Part shown: piece by piece, positions 23,501 to 35,600 of the stretch
How the letters are laid out: every line of letters starts with the position of its first letter
How positions within the stretch are numbered: the first letter of the stretch is position 1
Origin: Macrostomum lignano
Lineage: Eukaryota
Assembly (NCBI GenBank): GCA_002269645.1
Contig: NIVC01002965.1
Span: 34,491 to 98,490, forward strand
Reading direction: 5' to 3'
DNA length: 64,000 bases
Notes under the pieces: generated by a model
Told to the model about the DNA's origin: nothing
What the model saw: the letters and a program-made list of their open reading frames with translations, nothing else
Databases searched by the model: none
Made by a program: the position numbers and the translations under genes

Positions 23501-26500
23501 CTTTTTAAATAAACGTTTAAACGTAACCATTTTTTAATCTCATAAATATGACCATATTTTGCGTTTGTTCATAAATTTTCAGCTCATTGCATTGATTTTT
23601 TCGCTTCCTAGAGCATTTTGATTAACGTACAGTCTCGTTTTCAGCCTTCAAATGGAAAATATCACTGCTGATCAGTGGAGATTTTATGTTTTCATGCGAT
23701 CGCAGCTCGGAGAAAACGCCACCAAAATTCATGCCGAGCTAGTCCAAGTTGTAGCAGATCAAGCCCCTTCGTACCGCACCGTGGCCCGTTGGATTGAGCT
23801 GGTCAGTGCTGGTCGACGCTCCATGACCGACAGCCCTCGTTCTGGGAGGCCAATGACATCCGTGACCGAGCAGAACATTGTTGCTGTGCGACAGCTGGTG
23901 GACGAAGATCGCAATATCACTGTTGCACTACTTAGCCAGACAATCGGCATTTCTGATGGCAGTGTCCGAACCATCTTGCATGACCATCTTGGCCTCCGCA
24001 AGGTCACGGCCCGTTGGGTACCTCATGCACTGACAGCAGAGCAGAAGCAGGAGAGGGTTCGATGCAGCCAAGAATTTCTGCGATGCTTCGGCGAAGGTGG
24101 CACTAAACGACTTACTGATGTCGTGACTGGTGATGAGAAGTGGTTCTACTACTTCCAAGTGCCTCACAAGAACCAAAACAAGGTTTGGATTGGTTCCGAT
24201 GAAGACCGTCCAACTGTTCTGCGCCCAGGGTTTCGCTCAAGGAAGCAGATGTTCGTCGTCTTTTTCAGCATCAACGGGCCAGAGACAGTTGTTATGGTGC
24301 CAAATGGACAGAACGTCAATGCCACGTTCTATACTGGCGAGGTTTTGCCTAAAGTCGTGGCTTCAGTCATGGAAAAGCAGCCAACCCGCCTCCAAAGTGG
24401 CAGAATTCACTTGCACCACGACAATGCCTCCAGCCACACTGCGGCCATGACAACGAGCTTTTTGGCCGATAACAAGCTTAAAGTGATACCGCACCCTCCG
24501 TACAGTCCTGATTTGGCACCCTGCGACTTCTGGGCATTCCCGAAGCTGACCGAACGCATGGCTGGATGCCATTTTCAGCGGCCCCAAGACCTGGCTCGCC
24601 GCATTAATTCAGAGCTGAACACCATGCCAGCTTCAGAGTACCGCGCTGCCTTCGAGGCATGGATCCGCCGTCACCAGAAATGCATAGAACGTGGCGGAGA
24701 TTACATTGAAGGACTTTAATAACGTTTTAAGATTTACTAACAATTTATCTGCAATTGGGAACCCAGTTGCCAAAACTTTTTGCGCACCCCTCGTAATTGT
24801 TACATTAAGTTAAAAATCAAAAAACATCGGTGAAAAACAGAATTGGTTTAAAAAACTAATGACCTTTTATTAGCATCAGAAACTACTTACGCACAAAAAC
24901 CGAGCAAGTATAAGCCCCTTGAGTATTCTTCTGGTAGCCGAACAGAGCCGAATAGAGACAGTTCCGACCCTGAGGCAGATTCGGTCCCGAGCAAAAAGCG
25001 ACAGTGTTGCAGCCGCTCGATACTTCCGTGTTGCAGGACTCGAGGCAAGATTCCTCGTTATTCTGCTGGGCTGAGTCGTCGATGCGAAGTACGGTGGGGT
25101 TCTTCGAGCTGTCCACTTTGATGAACTGAGCTGTTGAATGTTTTGAAATAATGGATAACTGCAAATTATCTTAATTCACCTTTTGTTGGATGTTACATAT
25201 TTTGTAAACTTTACGGAGTAGTCCTTTTTGATGCAGTGATTATGAATTACTCAGTAGAGGAACGCTACAACTCAACTTTCTTTAAAAGTAGCTGGGAGGC
25301 CGATAAGAAACGACAAAATATGGTATGTCGTTCGGTTTACCTAATATTTCATGAGCTCATTTACTACAGACTTTGATGGCCACTGGCCTTCTCACAGACC
25401 GAGCTTCAAGACCTTTAACAGGTGAAACTACATGTAGGCGACAATGGACGCTCTGATCTCTATAAAAATTACTCTAAAATCCGACCTTCCTGCAGAGTCG
25501 TTTTGTATCTCGATGGCTAGAGGTTTTAACTTGCTCTATATTTGAGAATTCTACACTAAAAAGTGGTATTAAAGTTTCTTTTTAATACTCACAGTAGATA
25601 TGCGGCTTATCTAGCAGAGTGACTGTCAAGTAGAGATATTTGTCATCATAGTCTAGCTGCGGGTGCTGGAATCGAATCGGGCTTGCCAAACCCATGTCAC
25701 TGGCGACAAGAACTTTGACAGCGCTTCTGATGAATAGCTCCGTCAGGTTCATGTCCTTTGGCTTCATGGTGCCTAGAAAAGTAAAGGAGAACATATTTAA
25801 AAAGTGTATCTTTATTCGAAATAGTTTCATTAAAACTGGTAGTTTAATCCAGAAAACTACCATTGATAGCTGAAAACTTGAGCACAAAGTTGAGTCTCTG
25901 CTCTTGTGTATAGCAGGAGCCGACATCAAACTGGAATGGCTGAAGCTGGTCGACATCCGTGCCTGTGCTGCTGTCCGGGTCCGACACTTCAAAGTTGAAG
26001 AAGTTGTACCGTTCATAGTGGCTGAAGGACGGATCGCCTTCCTGTAGACAAGAAATGAGGGCTTCTGCTGTTGAAAATCTGCCGACTAAAGTTTAGTAAT
26101 TAGGGCTAAATGTTTTTCTCTAGACAGGAGCTAGCTCTGGACCAAACCGAAGCAAAGCTCCGGACCAAACCGAAGCAAAGCTCCGGACCAAACCGAAGCA
26201 AAGCTCCGGACCAAACCGAAGCAAAGCTCCGGACCAAACCGAAGCAAAGCTCCGGACCAAACCGAAGCAAAGCTCCGAACCAAACTCAAGCAAAGCTCCG
26301 GACCAAACCGAAGCAAAGCTCCGGACCAAACCGAAGCAAAGCTCCGGACCAAACCGAAGCAAAGCTCCGAACCAAACTCAAGCAAAGCTCCAGACCAAAC
26401 CGAAGCAAAGCTCCGAACTAAACTCAAGCAAAGCTCCGGACCAAACCGAAGCAAAGCTCCGAACCAAACTCAAGCAAAGCTCCGAACCAAACTGAAGCAA

Positions 26501-29500
26501 AGCTCCGAACCAAACTGAAGTAAAGCTCCGGACCAAACCGACTACGCTTTTCTGTTTTCAAGCCATTCTTTTTCTAAAATTTCCATTCCGTCGCCTGAGT
26601 GCTCAGCATGGCTGGACATCTACGAGGTGTGTCCCAAAAGTTCCCGGAATGTCTAACGTAGCTCTTCAACGGAGCCATGAAATTTCACGCCCATGGTGTC
26701 AAATGAAAGGAAATTTTGTCACGAAGAAAACAAAGTTAAAATCATGTTGATATCTTTTTTTACTCAGGAGCTGCAGCTGGAGCTGACTATTGCTGCCAGT
26801 TTAAAAACTGCTATACACTAAATGTTTTACACAACCAAGAAGGGAGCGTTTCATCTTTTCTCACCGAACCGTCCGCGTTGTACGAAGTGATCCGCAGCTC
26901 GATGGGCACACTTTTGCCTAAGCCAACTTGACCTTTGCCAATGGCAATCTCCGTAACACTCTCCTGCGTTAGTTGTGTAAATAGGGATTACATTTCGTTT
27001 AGATTTTAATCACAGCAGATCTTATTTTAAAGCACATTTTAAAGTCAAACGTACATCGAGGATGAAGTATTCGTAGGTAACGTTGATCACGAGTCCTTTA
27101 GTTTGCATTGTACACAGAGAAATATAGATGTCTACTGGGAGGCCGCGAACCATACCCTGAAAAATTAGTAAAATACTAGCAATCTTCGCCCCCCGATGGG
27201 GGACATCTGGATAGAATCTCTGTTCTCTACACCGATCAAAAACACTGCCAAATAAAGCCTTCACAAAGACAATAGACAAACTGCTCAAATGAAGAGCAAT
27301 GCGAAAATAAATCATCCCAAGACAGCAAGCATCCCCCAGATAGCAAGCATCCCCCAAATAGCAAGCATCCCCAGATAGCAAGCACCCCCAGATAGCAAGC
27401 ACCCCCAGATAGCAAGCAACCCCAGATAGCAAGCATCCACCTAATAGCAAGTATCGATCCTTAAATAGCAAGCATCCACCAGACAATAAGTAGCTAGTGC
27501 AACAATTTCCTTAGCTTTATAGTGGCTCCTTTATTATTGGCATGACGCTTATTTTTACGTTTGAAATGGTGTCTCTTATGTTTGCCATGGTGGCTCTTAA
27601 ATGTTTGCCATGATGGGTCTTTTATGTTAGGCATGGAGTCACATATATGTTTCTCAATAGAATCTCTGTTCTCTACAAGTAACAAAAAGACAGCCAAATA
27701 GAGCTTTCACAAAGACAACAGAAAAACTGCTCAAATGAAGTGCAACGCAAAAAAAAACATCCCAAGACAGCAAGCATTGCCCCCAGGGGATAGCATGACA
27801 AGCACCCCCCCCCCCAGATAGCAAGCACCCCCAGATAGCAAGCACCCCCAGAAAGCCAGAACCCCCAAGATAGCAAGCATCCCCCAGATAGCAAGCACCC
27901 CCAGATAGCAAGCACCCCCAGATAGCCAGAACCCCCAAGATAGCAAGCATCCCCCAGATAGCAAGCACCCCCAGATAGCAAGCACCCCCAGAAAGCCAGA
28001 ACCCCCAAGATAGCAAGCATCCCCCAGATAGGAAGCATCCCCCCTCCCAGATAGCAAGCATCCCCAGATAGCAAGCATCCCCAAATAGTAAGCATCCACC
28101 AGACAATAAGTAGCTAGTGCAACAATTTCCTTAGCTCTATAGTGGCTCCTTTAAAATTGGCATGACGCTTACTTTTACGTTTGAAATTGTGTATTTTTTA
28201 TGTTTGATATGGTGGCTCTTTTATGATTGACATGGTGGCTCTTTTATGTTTGACATGGTGGCTCTTTTATGTTTGACATGGTGGCTCTTTTATGTTTGAC
28301 ATGGTGGCTCTTTAATGTTTGACATGGTGTCTCTTTAATGTTTGACCTGGTGGCACTTTACTGTCTGCAATGATGGCTCTTTAATGTTTGACATGGAGTC
28401 ACGTATACGCTTGACATAGTGACTCGTTAATGTTCGACATGGTGGCTCTTTAATGTTAGACATGGAGTCACATATATGTTGGACATGGTGGCTCTTTAAT
28501 GTTGGACATGGTGGCTCTTTAATGTTAGACATGGTGGCTCTTTAATGTTGGACATGGTGGCTCTTTAATGTTAGACATGGTGGCTCTTTAATGTTGGACA
28601 TGGTGGCTCTTTAATGTTAGACATGGTGGCTCTTTAATGTTTGACATGGTGGCTCTTTATTATTCGACATGGTGGCTCTTTTATGTTTGACATGGTAGGT
28701 CTTTTATATTCGACATGGTGGCTCTTTAATGTTGACATGGAGTCACGTATATATGTTTTACATGGAGTCACAAATATGTTTGACATGGTGGCTCTTTAAT
28801 GCTTGACATGGTGGTTCTTTTACGTTTGACATGGTGTCTCTTTTATGTTTGGCATAGTGGCTCTTTTCTGTTTGACATGGTAGCTCTTTAATGTTCGACA
28901 TTGTGCCACTTGTATGTTTGACATTGTGCTTCTTTTATGTTTAGCAGTTTCGTATTTTCAAGGTGTTTTAATAAAAAAATTACTTTGCACTACCAAGATT
29001 CGAACCCAGGTCGCTACGTTGGCAGTCAAGTCTGTTCGTATCTAGGCTATCTCTTTTCGATTGGAGTACATGAATTGTGGCCCTTATAATTCAATTCTTA
29101 CAGCAAGTCAATTAGAGTAAAATTATGACATAATCAATTTCTCAGTCAGCCAGTATCAGTCTCAATTCAAGTTAGCAATATTGGTTACGCAATTTAAATC
29201 AAGTCGTGTGTGCATTTCTTCGACACTGTTTTCAATTTGCTGTGATGTAATCTTTATTAGAATTGAAATTCAGTCAGTCAGGTTTTTCTCTAGCATTCTT
29301 ACAATGCATTTCAAGTCGAAAATTTTGCTTGACCTTTGCAAAAAAGCTTGTTTTTCGAATATTTAATCCCTTTAACATTGAGCAATTTCTTAGCCAAGAT
29401 GCATGTACCGTCCCAGGAAAATTTCTGATCGAATGGTGCAAATTTGAAGAAAATCGGTTGAGCCATTTTTTCTGAAATCTATCGCATAGCTAGATACAGA

Positions 29501-32500
29501 CAACTCATTTTTAGTATATAGGACTAGCAATCTACGCCCCCCGTTGGGGAGCCAGAGAAATGCAATACACGTTTTTTTAATAAGCTACATGTATCCTTGA
29601 AATCTTAAAAAATCTCCTGTCAAACCTTGTAAGCCTTGACATGTCAGTAATTCCCCCCACAAGCTTTAACATATCAACTTCCCCCCTTGACATCTCAGCA
29701 ATGCCTCCAATAAGCCTTGGAAATCTAAAAATATCTGTCAACCTTCTAACCCTAACCCTAGCCTAACCCTAACCCTAACCTAACCCTAAAGCATTGAAAT
29801 TTCAGTAATTCTCTCTAAGAGTCATTATAGCACTACTACAGCATTATAGCGATTCCCTGCAAGCCTCGACATCGTAGGGATTCCCAAATGAATCTCTTAA
29901 CTTCAACATGAAGCTTCTTTTATTTTTTACATTACGCTTTTTTAATTAGCGATCCCTCCCCTGAGGAGGCATCAAATAATGTAATAAAAAGTTTTCAATA
30001 AACTACATGTAGCTTCTGACTTTAGCCTTGAAATCTCATTTATACCCTCGTGAGCCTTGACATCTCAGCTATTCCCCCGTAAGCCTTGACATGTCAGCGA
30101 TGGCCCCCATAAACCTTGAAATCTAAAAAATCCCGTTAACCTTGAAACCCGATAAAATATAACCCTCAACCAACACCTTACCTAAACCTAACTTTAACCC
30201 AACCTAAAGCCTTGAAATCTCAGCAATTCTTCTCCCCTAAGCCTTGACATTTTAGTGATTCCTTCTTTAAGAATCACAGCACTATAACGATTTCCACCAA
30301 GCTTTGACATCGTAGCAATTCCCAAATGAATCTTTTAACTTCGACATGACTTTTCTATTATGTATACATAGTGCTACTTTTATTTTTTACATGACTCTTC
30401 TTCTATCAGCGCCCCCCCGTGGCGAGCCAACAAAGAATGCAATAAAAAAATTGAGTAAAGTACATTAACTTTGAATTAGCTTCTGACTTTTGCTTTGACA
30501 TCTCAGAACCCCACCCCCCGTAATCTCAGTTATTCTCCGTGAGCCTTTACGTCTCAGTTTTTCTCCCCAGCACAGCATTATAGCTGCATTTATTTTTACA
30601 TGACACCCTTCATGTCTGACATGACGCTTCTTTTATTCTACCATGATGCTTCTTAATTTTTTAAATGACACTTTTATTAGTTTTTACATGACGCTTCTAT
30701 GATTTTTTTACATGACGCTTCTATGATTATTTACATGACGCTTCTATGATTTTTTTACATGACGCTTCTATGATTGTTTACATGACGCTTCTCTGATTTT
30801 TACATGACGCTTCTATGATTTTTTACATGACGCTTCTATGATTGTTTACGTGACGCTTCTATGATTTTTACATGACGCTTCTATGATTTTTTACATGACG
30901 CTTCTATGATTTTTACATGACGCTTCTATGATTGTTAACATGACGCTTCTATGATTTTTTTTACATGACGCTTCTATGATTGTTTACACGACGCTTCTAT
31001 GATTTTTACATGACGCTTCTATGATTGTTTACATGACGCTTCTATGATTTTTTAAATGACGCTTCTATGATTTTTATATGACGCTTCTACGATTTTTTAC
31101 ATGACGCTTCTATGATTGTTTACATGACGCTTCTATGATTTTTTATATGACGCTTCTATGATTTTTACATGACGCTTCCATGATTGTTTACATGACGCTT
31201 CTATGATTGTTTACATGACGCTTCTATGATTTTTATATGACGCTTCTACGATTTTTTACATGACGCTTCTATGATTGTTTACATGACGCTTCTATGATTG
31301 TTTACATGACGCTTCTATGATTGTTTACATGACGCTTCTATGATTTTTATATGACGCTTCTACGATTTTTTACATGACGCTTCTATGATTGTTTACATGA
31401 CGCTTCTATGATTTTTGACATGACGCTTCTATGATTTTTACATGACGCTTCCATGATTGTTTACATGACGCTTCTATGATTGTTTACATGACGCTTCTAT
31501 GATTTTTATATGACGCTTCTATGATTGTTTACATGACGCTTCTATGATTGTTTACATGACGCTTCTACGATTTTTTACATGACGCTTCTATGATTGTTTA
31601 CATGACGCTTCTATGATTGTTTACATGACGCCTCTATGATTGTTTACATGACGCTTCTATGATTTTTTACATGACGCTTCTATGATTTTTACATGACGCT
31701 TCTATGATTGTTTACACGACGCTTCTATGATTTTTACATAACGCTTCTACGATATTTTACAAGACGCTTCTCTGATTGTTTACATGACGCTTCTATGATT
31801 TTTTACATGACGCTTCTATGCTTTTTATATGACGCTTCTACGATTTTTTACATGACGCTTCTATGATTGTTTACATGACGCTTCTATGATTTTTTAAATG
31901 ACACTTCTATGATTTTATATGACACTTCTATGATTGTTTACATGACGCTTCTCTGATTGTTTACATGACGCTTCTATGATTGTTTACATGACGCTTCTAT
32001 GATTTTTTAAATGACGCTTCTATGATTTTTACATGACGCTTCCTTTTAAAAAGTCTTTTAGTTTTCCTGACGTTGAAAAGCTTTAATTAAAAAAATTATA
32101 CTCTATGAAAATTCGAATCATCGTCGCTGCATTTAGCAGTTCAGTTTGTTCACCTCTAGGCTAGCTCTCATCGTTTTGATAACATCAAATTTTTCACTTA
32201 TTTAATTCAACACTTTAAAATCCAAGCATAGAGTAAATCACACGAAGCAGTTATGACATAATCAGTTTCTCAGTCAAAACAAAATTTTCATTTTTAGTAT
32301 ATAGGATATGGTTACGCAATTTAAATCAAGTCTGGTGCTACGCTTCCACACTGCATTTTCAATTCAAGTCGGAGTTACAATTCAGTTATGATGCAATCTA
32401 TTTCAGAATCAGAATTCAACCAGTCAGTTTTTTCTCTAGCATTCTTGCAATGCATTTCAAGTCGAAAAGTTTGCTTGACCTTTGCAAAAAAGTATGTTTT

Positions 32501-32631
32501 TCGAATATTTAATGCCTTTAGCATCGAGCAATTTCTTAGCCACGATGCATGTACCGTCACGGGAAAATTTCTGATCGAACAGTGCAAGTTCGAACAAAAT
32601 CGGTCCAGCCATTTTTTCTCTAATCGATCAC

Positions 32632-32664
<33 letters not shown>

Positions 32665-35600
32665 CACAGACAGACCATTTTTAGTATATAGGACTAGCAA
32701 TCTTCGCCCCCCGTTGGGGGACATCTGGATAGAATCTCTGTTCTCTAAAAGTAACAAAAAGACAGCCAAATAAAGCCTTCACAAAGACAACAGAAAAACT
32801 GCTCAAATAAAGTGTAATGCAAAAAGAAATCATCCCAAGACAGCAAGCATCCCCCAGATAGCAAGCATCCCCCAGATTGCAAGCATCCCCCAGATAGCAA
32901 GCATCCCCCAGATAGCAAGCATCCCCCAAATAGCAAGCATCCCCCAGATAGCAAGCGTCCCCCAGATAGCAAGCATCCCCCAAATAGCAAGCATCCCCCA
33001 GATAGCAAGCATCCCCCAGATAGCAAGCATCCCCCAAATAGCAAGCATCCCCCAGATAGCAAGCATCCCCCCTCCCAGATAGCAAGCATCCCCCAGATAG
33101 CAAGCATCCCCAAATAGTAAGCATCCACCAGACAATAAGTAGCTAGTGCAACAATTTCCTTAGCTCTATAGTGGCTCCTTTAAAATTGGCATGACGCTTA
33201 CTTTTACGTTTGAAATTGTGTATTTTTTATGTTTGATATGGTGGCTCTTTTATGATTGGCATGGTGGCTCTCTTATGTGTGACATGGTGGCTCTTTAATG
33301 TTCGACATGGTGGCTCTTTTATGTTTGACATGATGGCTCTTTTATGTTTGGCATGGTGGCTCTCTTATGTGTGACATGGTGGCTCTTTTATGTTTGACAT
33401 GGTGGCTCTTTTATGTTTGACATGGTGGCTCTTTTATTTTTGGCATGGTGGCTCTTTAATGTTCGACATGGTGGCTCTTTTATGTTTGGCATGGTGGCTC
33501 TTTTATGTTTGACATGGTGGCTCTTTAATGTTTGACATGGTGGCTCTTTAATATTCCCCGAGATAGCAAGCATCCCCCAGATAGCAAGCATCCCCCAGAT
33601 AGCAAGCATCCCCCAGATAGGAAGCATCCCCCCTCCCGGATAGCAAGCATCCCCCAGATAGCAAGCATCCCCCCTCCCAGATAGCAAGCATCCCCCAGAT
33701 AGCAAGCATCCCCAAATAGTAAGCATCCACCAGACAATAAGTAGCTAGTGCAACAATTTCCTTAGCTCTATAGTGGCTCCTTTAAAATTGACATGACGCT
33801 TACTTTTACGTTTGAAATTGTGTATCTTTTATGTTTCACATGGTGGCTCTTTAATGTTTGACATGGTGGCTCTTTTATGTTCTACATGGTGGCTCTTTTA
33901 TGTTTGATTCGGGATTTTTTAATGTCTGACATGGGGTCTCTTTAATGTTTGACATAGTGGCTCTTTTATGTTTGACATGGTGCTCTTTAATGTTCGACAT
34001 GGTGGCTCTTTAATGTTTGACATGGTGGCTCTTTAATGTTCGACATGGTGGCTCTTTATTGTTCGACATGGTGGCTCTTTTATGCTTGACATGGTGGCTC
34101 TTTAATGTTCGACATGGTGGCTCTTTATTGTTCGACATGGTGGCTCTTTAATGGTTGACATTGTGGCTCTTTAATGATTGAAATGGTGGCTCTTTTATGT
34201 TCGACATGGTGGTTCTTTTATGTTCGACATGGTGGCTCTTTTATGTTTGACATGGTAGCTCTTTTATGTTTGACATGGAGTCACATATATGTTTGACATG
34301 GTGGCTCTTTTATGTTTGACATGGTGGCTCTTTAATGTTTGACGTAATGGCTCTTTAATGTTCTTCATGGTGGCTCTTTTATGTTTGACATGGTGGCTCT
34401 TTAATGTTTGACATGATGGCTCTTTTATGTTTGACATGGTGGCACCTTAATGTAATGATGGCTCTTTATTATTTGACATGGTGGCTCCTAAATGTTTGAC
34501 ATGGTGGCTCTTTAATGTTTGACATGGTGGCTCTATAATGTTCGACATGGTGGCTCTTTAATGTTAGACATGGTGGCTCCTAAATGTTTGACATGGTGGC
34601 TCTTTAATGTTTGACATGGTGGCTCTATAATGTTCGACATGGTGGCTCTTTAATGTTAGACATGGTGGCTGTTTAATTTTTGACATGGTGCTCTTTAATG
34701 TTCGATATGGTGGTCCCTTTATGCTTGACATGGTGGCTCTTCAATGTTGGACATGTTGGTCCTTTTATGTTTGGCATGGTGGCTCTTTAATGTTTGACAT
34801 GGTGGCTCTTTATGTTCGACATGGTGGCTCTTTAATGTTAGACATGGTGGCTGTTTAATTTTTGACATGGTGCTCTTTAATGTTTGACATGGTGGTCCTT
34901 TTATGTTTGACATGGTGGCTCTTTAGTGTTTGACATGGTGGCTCTTTAATGTTCGACATGGTGGCCCTTTAATGTTTGACATGGTGGCTCTTTACTGTTT
35001 GACATGAAGTCACATATATGTTTGACATGGTGGCTCTTTAATGTTTGACATGGAGTCACATACATGTTGGACATGGGGCTCTTGAATGTTCGACATGGTG
35101 GCTCTTTAATGTTTGACATAGTGGCTCTTTAATGTTCGACATGGTGGCTCTTTAATGTTAGACATGGTGGCTCTTTAATGTTCGATATAGTGGCTCTTTT
35201 AATTTTGACTTTGTGCTTTTTTGTGTTTAGCATTTCGTGTTTTTAAGGTGTTTTAATAAAAAATCTTTTTGCACTACTAAGATTCGAACCCAGGTCGCTG
35301 CATTAGCAGTCCAGTCTGTTCGCATCTATGCTATCTCTCGTCAATTGGAGAACATGAATTGTGGCCCTTATAATTCAATTCTTACAGCAAGTCAATTAGA
35401 GTAAAAAGTTATGACATAATCAATTTCTCAGTCAGCCAGTATCAGTGTCAATTAAGTTAGCAATATTGTTACGCAATTTAAATCAAGTTTTGTGTGCATT
35501 TCTTCGGCACTGTTTTCAACTGGTTGTGATGTAATCTTTATCACAATTGGAATTCAGTCAGTCAGTTTTGTCTCTAGCATTCTTACAATGCATTTCAGGT

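Noticed and set aside
28988-29052. tRNA-Gly(GCC) gene, and other tRNA-like heads at 19960-20027, 45742-45815 and ~61870-61910
   Set aside because: No convincing acceptor or D stems; they are embedded in Helitron or SINE repeats.
29747-29790. True telomere or chromosome end
   Set aside because: A short, imperfect tract internal to a Helitron.
26138-35300. CRISPR-like regular repeats
   Set aside because: Monomers are directly adjacent with no unique spacers, there are no cas genes, and the context is eukaryotic.
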